DNA of 64,000 bases. Origin: Longimicrobiales bacterium. GTDB taxonomy: Bacteria; Gemmatimonadota; Gemmatimonadetes; Longimicrobiales; Gaopeijiaceae. Under the pieces are notes generated by a model, which was not told the DNA's origin, made no database searches, and saw nothing but the letters and a program-made list of their open reading frames with translations. The position numbers were made by a program, and so were the translations under genes. Location: NCBI GenBank assembly GCA_965198065.1, contig CBDAON010000004.1:480001-544000 (forward strand), read 5' to 3'. Numbering within the stretch: position 1 is the stretch's first letter; each line of letters begins with the position of its first letter. Of the stretch, positions 1-9,465 are shown one piece after another.

Positions 1-82
1 CGTCTGCCCCGCCACGTTGAACACGAAGATTCTCGGTGATGACTTTGCGGAGGTCTGCCAGCTGTTGGGTTTCAAGTGACAT
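1..82 (-). CDS. 5' end of an unknown CDS running off the window (MSLETQQLADLRKVITENLRVQRGGAD...)
   Basis: ATG at 82 with GGAG upstream; frame open to the window edge; family not recognised. Confidence 0.4.
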   Translation of the reverse strand, partial: MSLETQQLADLRKVITENLRVQRGGAD

Positions 83-203
83 CTTGAGTTCTCCAAGCGC
101 GTCTAAGTTTACTCATGGCCTAACGGATATTTAGAGCACGCCCCTTGCGGATACCAAGAAGATATCGACGAAGACGCTTGGAACCCAACAAGGAGCGGCC
201 CTC

Positions 204-279
204 ATGAAGCGGACGACGAAGTATGTGGCACTGGATGTACATCAAGCAACGATGCTGGCGTCGGTTCGGGCGGAGGGCG
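204..279 (+). pseudogene. IS110-family transposase N-terminal fragment, cut by an IS3 element
   Basis: AAGGAG RBS, then MKRTTKYVALDVHQATMLASVRAEG (YV[AG]LDVH first DEDD motif); ends at the IS3 left IR. Confidence 0.65.
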
Positions 280-1550
280 TGACCTGACCCGCTGAAACGA
301 GACCAGGTGCAATGTTAGGATCGACCTGGTCCGAAGCTTTTCAGCGAGGAGGTCAGGATGGGAAGGAAGCGACACACTCCGGAGCAGATCATCACTGCAG
401 TGCGGGAGGCAGAGGTCGGTCTGGCCGGCGGCAAATCCGTGAAGCTGATCAGGGGGGAGCTCGGCATCACCGAGCAGACGTACTACCGGTGGAGGCGGGA
501 GTACGGCGGGATGAAGGTGAGCCAGGCACGGCGCCTGAAGGAGCTCGAGCGCGAGAACGGGCGCCTGAAGCGAGCAGTGGCGGACTTGACACTGGACAAG
601 CTGATCGTGGAGGAAGCGGCCAAGGGAAACTTCTGAGCCCCGAGGGCCGACGACGTTGTGTGGTGCGTGTACGTCAGCAGCTCGGGGCGTCGGAGAGGAG
701 AGCGTGCCGGGTGCTCGGGCAGCCACGCACGACCCAGCGCGGGGCGAGGAGAGTGGCGAGTGACGAGGGGGCGCTCCGAGGTGATATCGTGCGACTCGCG
801 AGTCGATTCGGCTGCTACGGCTAGCGACGCGTCACGGACACGCTCCGCATCGAGGGCTGGGGGGTGAACCACAAGCGGGTGGAGCGGATCTGGAGGCAGG
901 AGGGGCTGAAGGTCCCGGAGCGGCAGCCGAAGCGAGGTCGGCTGTGGCTCAACGACGGATCGTGCATCCGGCTGAGGCCGCTGTATCGGGGCCACGTCTG
1001 GTCGTACGACTTCGTGGCCTCGAGGACGCACGACGGGCGTGCGCTGAAGCTGCTGACAGTGCTGGACGAGCACACGAGGGAGTGCCTGGCGATCGTGGTG
1101 GCTCGCAAGATCCGCTCGCACGACGTGCTCGAGGTGCTGGCCGATCTGTTCGTCCGACACGGGCCTCCCGAGTATCTGAGGTCGGATAACGGACCGGAGT
1201 TCACCGCGAAGCTCGTGCGGTGGTGGTTGGGGCGCGTGGGCGTCGAGACGCTCTTTATCGAGCCGGGCAGCCCGTGGGAGAACGGCTACAACGAGAGCTT
1301 CAACGGCAAGCTCAGGGACGAGCTGTTGAACGGGGAGATCTTCTACATCGTTGGCGGAGGCGGCCGTGCTGGTCGAGCAATGGAGGCGCGAGTACAATAC
1401 CGTCCGACCCCACAGCGCCTGCGGCGGCTTTCCCCCGACCCCTGAGGCGATTAAGCCGTCGCCCTCGTTCCTGAGGATGCCCGTCTTTCACGGCCCTCCA
1501 CAGCTGCTGGGGCTAACATAGGTTGTGGTACCGCTCTTCGGGGCAGGTCA
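280..1550 (+). mobile_element. IS3-family element, copy 1 (1271 bp), defective
   Basis: Terminal IRs TGACCTGACCCGCTGAAACGAGACCA / TGACCTGCCCCGAAGAGCGGTACCAC; orfA 358-636; GGGAAAC slippery site 624-630; orfB DDE motifs (WSYDF, SDNGPEF, ENGYNESFNGKLRDE); in-frame TAG at 822-824 and frameshift near 1347. Confidence 0.95.
358..636 (+). CDS. IS3 transposase OrfA (HTH plus leucine zipper)
   Basis: MGRKRHTPEQII...TYYRWRREYGG...LERENGRLKRAVADLTLDK. Confidence 0.9.
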   Translation: MGRKRHTPEQIITAVREAEVGLAGGKSVKLIRGELGITEQTYYRWRREYGGMKVSQARRLKELERENGRLKRAVADLTLDKLIVEEAAKGNF

Positions 1551-1640
1551 GTATCAGCAACGATCCTCGGACATCCTCGGACGCCCCCGACCAAACCTGA
1601 TCGACATCCTATTATCCTGATGTCCAGTCCTCCGGCAACT

Positions 1641-1760
1641 GAAACTGGGCCAGCCCCTCACCACCGTGGCCGAAACCGTGAGCTCGAGCTCGGCAAATTC
1701 CCTCAGATTTCGCTAGAGGAAGCGCGCGCGAAAACGTTCTCCAACCGTAAGCTGGCCCAG
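1641..1760 (+). pseudogene. Relic of a P4-type integrase arm-binding domain
   Basis: RGRNRELELGKFPQISLEEARAKTFSNRKLA aligns with RGRRTELGLGGFPLVSLKEAREKAFANRKLA of the integrase at 25298-26512. Confidence 0.7.
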
Positions 1761-1945
1761 CCTGCTAGACGAGCATGGACGCATCTATTGGCCCAAAAGC
1801 GGGACCGGGTTCCCACGGTTCAAGCGTTATCTTGCAGAAGGTGCGCCACTACAGGACACCTGGACCGACATACCGCCAATAACCGGAAAACGGTTCGACA
1901 CCCCGAGCGTCGTGGGCCGCCAGGCATCAATCCAGACAGTCTTGC

Positions 1946-2248
1946 TCAAAGAGAGTTGACGGCCATGACCTTAAGCCCAAAACTTGTCTTCGCGTATCCC
2001 AATAGGTTCGTGCGAAGCCTGTGAGTACCGGCGGGAACCCCGGATATGACGAAACGGCCCGACGGCTGGGCCACGACCCCCGCGCCCATGTTGGGGAGGA
2101 AGACCTGCGCACCGGCCAGGGGCCGCTGAGACCTCTCGTCGAAGACCGTGCCCTGGATGACTCCGGTCTCCTGCGCGCCCAGCGACCTCGGGGCGCCGGA
2201 CAGTGCGACGAGGCTCGCCAACGCCCACGGAAGTCCACGCATCGGCAC
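1946..2248 (-). pseudogene. Truncated TonB-dependent receptor-like protein (signal peptide plus carboxypeptidase-regulatory-like domain only)
   Basis: AAGGAG RBS; signal peptide ending LGA-Q; GVIQGTVFDERSQRPLAGAQV...GRFVISGVPAGTHRL...LLGY; no plug or barrel follows. Confidence 0.65.
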
Positions 2249-2369
2249 CTCCTTGTACGGATTCCCCGGCCGGCGGACTGCCTTCTCTTCGGAACAGCCC
2301 GGCTATACCTCGTCGTCGCGCCTTGCCGGCCGCGGCCCATCGTCCGTCTCCGTCTTCACCGTTCATCGG

Positions 2370-3782
2370 ATGCAGGTAACTAGCCGGGTCTCGCGCACCG
2401 ATCCCCTCCTGACCGGGGCCATTACAGGGTTGGCCGCTCGGGCCGCCTCCGTGTTCCACCGGATCGAGGTCCGCGGCGGGCCCATTCCAGGCGGGCCCGT
2501 CATGGTGGTCGCGAACCACCAGAACGCCCTCCTGGATCCGCTGATGGTGTTTAGGGCTGCGGGACGACCCACGCGGCCGCTTGCGAAGGCGGCCCTCTTC
2601 GACCAGCGGATCCTGGGCGCCGTGCTCCGAAGGTTGGGGGGGCTTCCGGTTTACCGGAAACAGGACCACCCCGCCGAGACGCACCGAAATGAGGAGACGT
2701 TCCGGGCCGCCCTCGAAGCCCTGGAGGCTGGTGACTCCCTCCAGATTTACCCGGAGGGAAAGAGCCACTCCGAGCTGTCGATCGAGCCGCTTCGAACCGG
2801 AGCTGCCCGGATCGCCCTGGCCGCCGAGGCGGAGAGCGGCGGCCGGCTCGGCCTCCGGATCGTTCCCATTGGCCTAACATGGGAAGGCAAACATCGGTTT
2901 CGCGGCCGCGTCCTCGCGGACGTCGGCGAGCCGTTCCTGGTCGCCCCCTGGGTCACTCCCGGAGGGACCGAGGACCACGAGGCCGTGCGGGCGCTCACGG
3001 ACGAGATCGCCGACCGGCTGCGGGAGGTCACCCTGAACTTGAGTGGCCGGGACGACCTGGAGCTGATCGTGGCGGCCGACCGCATCTACAGCCGGGAACG
3101 GAGGCTCCACGCCCCCAGGGAGCGGGATCCGCTAGCCAAGCGGGTGCCCCGCCTCCGGCGCTTCGTCGAGGCCCTCGAGTGGCTGCGCGCGAACGAGCCG
3201 GAAACGTATCGAGCGCTGGCCCCACGGGTGCGGCGAGTGGACAGGGTGAGTCGCGCCGCCGGGGTCGGGGAGGGGGTGGTGCCGCGCCGATACCCCGCGG
3301 GATCCGTCGCCTGGTACGCTCTACGCGAGGGGTTCGCACTCGGGCTCGGCCTGCCCCTCGCCCTCGTGGGCTCCGTGATCTGGTACCCTGCGTGGGTCGC
3401 CCCGCGCTGGGTGATTCCCCGGCTGAAGCCTGCTTTGGAGTCGCTCGCGACGTACAAGCTCGCGGCTGCCTTCGTCACCGTGCCCCTCACGGTCCTCGCG
3501 GTGTCCATCGTGTCCTTCTTCTACTGGGGCCGGCTGGGGTTGGTCGCGGCCGCCGCCGGGACCCCGCTTGTCGGGATCGTGGCCCTGTTCTGGCGGGAGC
3601 GCTTCGGTCGGGTTCTGGAGGACGCCCAGGTCTATCTGCGGGTCCTCACCAGGCCAAGATTCCGTCAGAGGCTGGCCTCCGAACGAGCCGAGCTCGCGCG
3701 GGATTTCGACGACGTGCTCCGACGGATGGGGTCTCTTGCGACCCAACAACAATCTCAACACAGTACCACGGAGGGAAGATCT
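2370..3782 (+). CDS. Lysophospholipid/glycerol-3-phosphate acyltransferase family protein with C-terminal TM helices; no stop before the next gene
   Basis: NHQNALLD (HxxxxD) and YPEG motifs; hydrophobic segments; part of ORF 2148-4070; start inferred. Confidence 0.8.
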
Positions 3783-4070
3783 ATGCCGCAGACATCATCG
3801 AGACGAATTGATGAAAGTACTCTGACGAAGGGACAGCTCCGCAAGCTGCACGCACTTCGCAGGTCGGTCGGCCAAGATATTGGAGAGCGGGCGTTCGCCG
3901 AGTGGCTCTCCTCACAGGTAGCCACGAAAACGACGGACCGTAGCGCCGAATTGATCGCCGAGAGTCTTTGGACCCTTGTTCAAGAAGGTCGGCTTCGGAT
4001 TCGTCCGGGCGGCTATGTGGTCAAGCGCGGGCGTATGCGAATCATCGTCGAACCGGCGAGAAAGACCTAG
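3783..4070 (+). CDS. Small hypothetical protein (95 aa), in frame with the acyltransferase
   Basis: Own RBS GGAGGGA and ATG at 3783; MPQTSSRRIDESTLTKGQLRKLHALRRSVG... Confidence 0.55.
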   Translation: MPQTSSRRIDESTLTKGQLRKLHALRRSVGQDIGERAFAEWLSSQVATKTTDRSAELIAESLWTLVQEGRLRIRPGGYVVKRGRMRIIVEPARKT

Positions 4071-4361
4071 ACACCGGGAGCCCACAACTTCCCGGACCTT
4101 GCAGCCCTCGACAACCCTACGCCTCTGTACCCTCCACCTAGACCTCACCGGGTCTGGTGGCCTGAGGTGCGGGACACAGCGTCTAACCTGAAGTGGGTTG
4201 GACGAAAGTCCAAGCCAGCGGAAGGCGTGAGTTACGTTGGCGTTCGTGCTCGGCTAGGATCCGGAGCGGGCTGTGGCGCATGAACTGACCCGGCATAGAA
4301 CGTTTTCGACCGACCGTGATTCAGCCTCTCTTCAGGCTCTCCGGGAGGAGATCGAGCGTCC

Positions 4362-4488
4362 CCGTTGGCGGAGCCCCATCCACTTCTGGCACTTCGCTGG
4401 AATCCCTGGGACGTCCACTTTTTTCCCCTTGTTGACATAGCATAAGCCACACGCCTCAATGTAGCTGGTATGGGTACCCTGACAGTCC
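4362..4488. repeat. Diverged ~127-bp direct repeat, copy A (partner at 13336-13461)
   Basis: Shared blocks CCGTTGGCGGAGCCC, TCGCTGGAA, CCTGGGAC, TTGTTGACA, CCTCAATGTA, GGTATGG in the same order and spacing. Confidence 0.8.
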
Positions 4489-5715
4489 TGAACCGGCTCT
4501 CCACCACCACTATCCGTGCGGGCCGAGTCCGCCCGCCTCAAGCGGCTCACCGCACTCGCACGGGGCGTGGCTTCCGACGGAGCCCGAGAACGTCGGCGCT
4601 CTTCAAGAGCTCGGCATCGAGCGTCGGCTCCTGCCCTCACGGCTCTACCGCGGAGCCGGCGCAAACACCCGGCGTGGCTTCCCACTTAAGTTACCTGTCG
4701 CTCTGGACACCGGCCGCGCCGTCTTCGTCTACATCGATCCGGGCCATGAGACCACGACGGTGCCCCGTTCCTAGGACGACGTGGATCGCGGCCTCTGGAA
4801 GGTACTGGCCAAGGGCCGATCCACAGTAGCCGCGCCTGGCAAACGGTGCGCCCTTCCGATGACCGGCCTGCGTGTTCATGCCACGACTAGAGTGTGAAAA
4901 CGACGCGCAGGGTCGATTCACAAATGGCCCGGGGGGCGATTCACAGAGGCATGACTCGCGATTCCTTGTAGTAGTTGCGGTTACGCCCGGTGTTGCCCGG
5001 TCGGCGAGGCACATCGGGGCGCGCCGACCGGAACGGGAGCGACCCCGCCCGCGGACGTCCTGGTGATGGCGTGGGGGCGTGCGTGTTTTCACACGCGCTG
5101 CCCCCGGCGGGGTCGCTCCCGGTCATCGATCCCTCCGGACTGCCTCGGGAAGTTCCATAACACACGTGATGTCAATCACTTACATATTCAGAAACTGTGC
5201 TCGCCCCCCCATTTCATCCGCCGTTTTGAATCGGCTGTCCAGGGCCCTTCGTGGACGTGATCGGATGGCCATCGCCTGCGCCCCCGTCCTTCCCGCCCCC
5301 TCAGCGGCTTTCAAGAGCGGCGATCGCAGGTGCCCCGGGAGGCGCCAGTCGGCCGCGACCCGGGGGGGTTCGGCCCGTTCCGCGGCCGCGGCAGGCCGAG
5401 AGGAGGCTCTTGGAGACCGTCAGAGCCGACTTCTCGGCGCTGGGTGACCCATAGGACCCCGGGATCCAGCGCGGAGCTCCCCTCGACCTTCAGTTTCGGC
5501 GGAGCCGAAGATCGGGGATCGACGGCGGCGCAGCCGACCCGCCCGGATCCTCCAGCCACTCGAGGACGTCCGCGTGCATGAGCGACACGACCGGCGAGGT
5601 ATCCGAGCGTGGGCGCACGAGTCTGTTTGGTGCACGGGAGGGAAGCACGTCTAGCCAGTCCCCGACGGGGGATTCCTTGAGGAACTGGCGCGCAGCCAAC
5701 TTCCGCCCCCCGTCC

Positions 5716-6264
5716 TCACAGAAACCGCCGAACCCGGCTCCGATACTCCCGGTAAGCGTCGCCGTACTGCTCCTCCAGCCACAGCTCCTCGGCCAGCGGC
5801 GCAACCACGAACACCACCGCTAGGAGAAGGTGCGTGATCCACAGCAATAGTGAGTTCGCGATCACACTCACGCCCACGAAGCAGACGATGTCACCCAGGT
5901 ACTGCGGATTCCGCGTGAACCGGTAGGGGCCGGTGGACACGAACCCGCCCTTCAACCCGCTCGTGTTCTTCCAGCCCACAGTGACCACTCCCCACACGGC
6001 CAGCAGGCCGCCGAGCACCACTAGGGGTACCCCAATGATGAACCGTAAGGGGCTCTGGAAGACCCAGGAGTTCCAGTACATCAGGAGGAGAAGAACGTTG
6101 ATCCCGATCACCGCCCAGAAGCCCGCCCAGGTCAGCAGGTGCTGCCAGGAACCACGGCCCGGCGGTGGCCACAATCGCCTATCTGGGACGGCGACCGACC
6201 AGACGGCTCCCGCCAACTGCGCGATTAGGATGACGACGGCGATGCCGAAAAGGATGGTGGACAT
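5716..6264 (-). CDS. Isoprenylcysteine carboxyl methyltransferase / PEMT-family membrane methyltransferase
   Basis: TGPYRFTRNPQYLG and EE..L..QYGDAY.EY...V.RFL motifs; multiple TM segments. Confidence 0.85.
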   Translation of the reverse strand: MSTILFGIAVVILIAQLAGAVWSVAVPDRRLWPPPGRGSWQHLLTWAGFWAVIGINVLLLLMYWNSWVFQSPLRFIIGVPLVVLGGLLAVWGVVTVGWKNTSGLKGGFVSTGPYRFTRNPQYLGDIVCFVGVSVIANSLLLWITHLLLAVVFVVAPLAEELWLEEQYGDAYREYRSRVRRFL

Positions 6265-6448
6265 GTACGGGTACCCCTGGGGCTGTCCCAGGTTGATGGA
6301 CAGGTGAGCGTTGAGCCTTCAGGGGATACTTGACCTACTCCTCCTACTAGGAGAGCGAGGCTTCCCCAGAAGCGGGGGTAAAGGTGCGTTCACGCGGCGG
6401 CATTTCGCTCGAGCCCGGAAGACCTATCCTCGAAGATGGTCTTGTCCT

Positions 6449-7954
6449 TCATACAGTGTTTCCTGACGACTCAAGCTCTTGGGCAATGGCTTGGAACGCT
6501 TCCAACGCAGCATTTAAGTCTTCCACGATCTCGGCAGCCAGCACCTCAGGCTCAGGCAGGTTCTCGCTGTCCTCCAGTGATTCGTCCCTTAGCCAGAAGA
6601 TGTCGAGGTTGAGCTTGTCCCGCTTTAGCAGTTCCTCATAGCTGAACGACCGCCACCGGCCCTTTGGATTCCCTTCGCTCCAAGTATTCTCGCGTTCGCG
6701 TCGTCGACCTGCCCTGTAGCAGTCCACGAAGTCGTCGAGGTCCGAGCGCTGCAACGGCTTCGTCTTCAGCGTGAAATGCTTATTCGTGCGGAGGTCATAG
6801 ACCCACAGCTGTTCGGTCCATGCCTGCTCCCGTGCAGGCTTCCTGTCGAAGAACAGCACGTTCGCCTTCACGCCCTGCGCGTAGAACAGGCCTGTTGGGA
6901 GGCGGAGCAGCGTGTGCACATCGAACTGCTGAAGCATGTTCTTGCGGACGGTCTCACCCGCACCACCCTCGAACAGGACGTTGTCGGGCATGACGATGGC
7001 GCACCGGCCATGGATGCTGAGCAGCGTCTTCACATGCTGAAGGAAGTTGAGCTGCTTGTTCTTCGTGGTGGCCCAGAAGTCCTGGCGCTCGTAGGCGTGA
7101 GCCTCACTCTCCAGCCCTCCCGCTTCGTTCACGATCTGGATACTGCTCCTCGTCCCAAACGGCGGATTTGTGAGTACCACTGAGAACCGTTCACCAGGGT
7201 CGCTCGCGAGGCTGTCAACACCCGAACGGATAGGGCACGGATCGGCGTCGATCCCGTGCAGGTACAAGTTCATGATCCCAAGGCGAGCGGTCGCCGGGAC
7301 CAGTTCCCAGCCATGCACAAAGCCTTCGCGGAGATGTCGCTTCTGGTCGGGATCCAGTTCCGTGCCGTGTTCTCGGACGACATATTCGTGGACGGCAAGC
7401 AGAAAGCCTCCGGTCCCGCACGCAGGGTCGCAAACGGTATCATCGGGACGTGGCTGCATCACGTCCACGATGCCCTTAATCAGCTGACGAGGGGTGAAGT
7501 ACTGACCGGCCCCCTTCGGTGATTCCTGAGCAGACTTCGAAAGCAACCCCTCATAGATGTCGCCCTTTACGTCGGCCTGCATCGACATCCAACTCTCGGG
7601 ATCGATAAGATCGACGATCAGCCGCTTCAGGGTCGCAGGGTTCTGAATCTCCTGTCGTGCTTTCTTGAAGATTTCTCCGAGCATCCCCGACTGTGTACCG
7701 AGCTCCCGTAGGATGTGTCGGTAGTGCAACTCCAACTCCCAGCCATCGCGTGTCAGTAAGCTCGGCCAGTCCATGCCCACAGGAACGATTGGGGCCCGGT
7801 TCCAGGGCGGCTGGGTTTGCTCGTGGGCCATCTTCAGGAAGAGCAGGAAAGTGATCTGCTCCGTGTAGGCCATATAGGAGAGCCCGTCGTCTCTCAGGAC
7901 GTGAGCGAAGCTCCAGGCCTTGTTGACGATCTGCTGGGTGTGGTTGTTCGGCAT
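6449..7954 (-). CDS. hsdM: Type I RM methyltransferase subunit
   Basis: GQYFTPR, DPACGTGGFL (motif I), NPPF (motif IV); start overlaps the hsdS stop. Confidence 0.95.
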   Translation of the reverse strand: MPNNHTQQIVNKAWSFAHVLRDDGLSYMAYTEQITFLLFLKMAHEQTQPPWNRAPIVPVGMDWPSLLTRDGWELELHYRHILRELGTQSGMLGEIFKKARQEIQNPATLKRLIVDLIDPESWMSMQADVKGDIYEGLLSKSAQESPKGAGQYFTPRQLIKGIVDVMQPRPDDTVCDPACGTGGFLLAVHEYVVREHGTELDPDQKRHLREGFVHGWELVPATARLGIMNLYLHGIDADPCPIRSGVDSLASDPGERFSVVLTNPPFGTRSSIQIVNEAGGLESEAHAYERQDFWATTKNKQLNFLQHVKTLLSIHGRCAIVMPDNVLFEGGAGETVRKNMLQQFDVHTLLRLPTGLFYAQGVKANVLFFDRKPAREQAWTEQLWVYDLRTNKHFTLKTKPLQRSDLDDFVDCYRAGRRRERENTWSEGNPKGRWRSFSYEELLKRDKLNLDIFWLRDESLEDSENLPEPEVLAAEIVEDLNAALEAFQAIAQELESSGNTV

Positions 7955-9465
7955 CACGGGACTTGGTTCCTCCTCTTCCCATTCGGCTTTGTGGGAGGGC
8001 GCATGCTCCGACTGGCTTGCTTGTCGGCCGGAATGCGCTCGAGAAGGACGGAAGCGGGCTCGTCAGTAGGGTCTTGTGGGACGAGGCGGCCCTCGAACGC
8101 ACGCTTGAGGATGGAGTGACGGAGGCAAGCAGCGTGGTTCAGTTGGCGGATGAGCCCTGTGCCAGCGAATTCCACACTCCGCAGAATGTCAGCGAGACGC
8201 CTGACTACGTGTTTCTGTTCCTGAAGCGGTGGAAGTGGAACAGGAAGCGATCGGAGAACGGTTTGATTGATCGAGGCTAGGTTCACGGACTGTGTCGCCC
8301 GTCGATAGAACCATTCTCGTCCGGTCGAATTGCCGTAGTGCGAGAGGAATTCCGAGGAATAGTCCCGAAGGAACGGCCTCACGCGGAAGACATGATTCTG
8401 ATGTAGACACTCCAACAGGTCTCCACACCACACGCAACCACGTCCGAGTTTGTCCCGATCTCCACCTTCATTGAAGAGCACATCGCCCGACTCTAAAGAA
8501 TACCGGCGAATCTCGTCGTCCGAAGCCAAAATAGTCTTGACCACTCTCAGGTCGAGGCGACCCCTCTGCACGTTGGCTACGCGAAGATAGGGAACAGCCC
8601 GACGGGTCACGTCACGCTTCTTGCCACCCTTTGTAATACCGCTCGCTACGTTCCCCACCTGATCCACCGTCGCCCAGCACCACCCTTCGGGCAGCTCGGG
8701 TAGCTCAGTTGTGTTTGGCCCCACGGGTTCCTTGTACTTCTGCTGCCAGTTCTTCGGCGGGTTCTGCCCTTTCGCCTTGAATTTGGCAAGCTGCTCTTCC
8801 TCCCAACGCCTTCTCCGCTCAACCAGAATCCTCTTTAATAGCTCCTCGCCCGTCTCATCGGGCGGATTGTTCCGTCTCCACTGCTCCGTCAGCTTCCCTT
8901 CGACCGCTGCCTTGAGCACCGATGCACGGTAGCGCTTCAGCTTTGCCTGGGCGCGCTCCAGTGCCGCAACGCCCGCATTGAGTTCGGAGAACAGTTCATC
9001 GAGCTTCGCGACGATGCGGTGCTGCTCTTGGATGGAAGGGAGGACAAGGGGCAGCTTCCGCATCGACCCCTGGGTCAACTTTAGTCGGGTTGTACCACTG
9101 ACGTAGTGGCGATAGTTGAGAGAATTCAACAGGTGAAGGAGAAACCGATTCTCCAAAAGGCCATTCTTGCCCTTGAGGATATGTGCGTGGTTATTGACCC
9201 AGAATCTCCCACGCACCAGGTAGGCTGTCGGCCGGGACGGATCGAGGAAGGGAGCACCGTCTTCGCCAAGTAGGACGTACTCCCCGTCACACTTGTAACC
9301 GTCAATCCAGTCAACTTGACCTGTTGCCCCGTAGTATGGGTACTCCCCCTGGCGCGTGGAGCGCTCTTTTGAGTTGACGGGCTCGCGGAGATTGTCATGG
9401 ATATCGACGGCTTCCTCAAGAGCCAAGGATACCCAGCGGCTGGGAACGGAGGCAGTCTGACTCAC
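7954..9465 (-). CDS. hsdS: Type I RM specificity subunit (two TRDs)
   Basis: Repeated P..W..A / LPP..EQ..IV..L / RHSILKRAF.G.L conserved regions; lies between hsdR and hsdM. Confidence 0.93.
   Translation of the reverse strand: MSQTASVPSRWVSLALEEAVDIHDNLREPVNSKERSTRQGEYPYYGATGQVDWIDGYKCDGEYVLLGEDGAPFLDPSRPTAYLVRGRFWVNNHAHILKGKNGLLENRFLLHLLNSLNYRHYVSGTTRLKLTQGSMRKLPLVLPSIQEQHRIVAKLDELFSELNAGVAALERAQAKLKRYRASVLKAAVEGKLTEQWRRNNPPDETGEELLKRILVERRRRWEEEQLAKFKAKGQNPPKNWQQKYKEPVGPNTTELPELPEGWCWATVDQVGNVASGITKGGKKRDVTRRAVPYLRVANVQRGRLDLRVVKTILASDDEIRRYSLESGDVLFNEGGDRDKLGRGCVWCGDLLECLHQNHVFRVRPFLRDYSSEFLSHYGNSTGREWFYRRATQSVNLASINQTVLRSLPVPLPPLQEQKHVVRRLADILRSVEFAGTGLIRQLNHAACLRHSILKRAFEGRLVPQDPTDEPASVLLERIPADKQASRSMRPPTKPNGKRRNQVP

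Noticed and set aside
5165..5180. CRP/FNR-like palindrome CGTGA-N6-TCACT
   Set aside because: No credible gene is positioned to be regulated; may be chance
4500..5700. Many short overlapping ORFs in a 1.2-kb gap
   Set aside because: No motifs, RBS or coding-like composition; treated as decayed DNA
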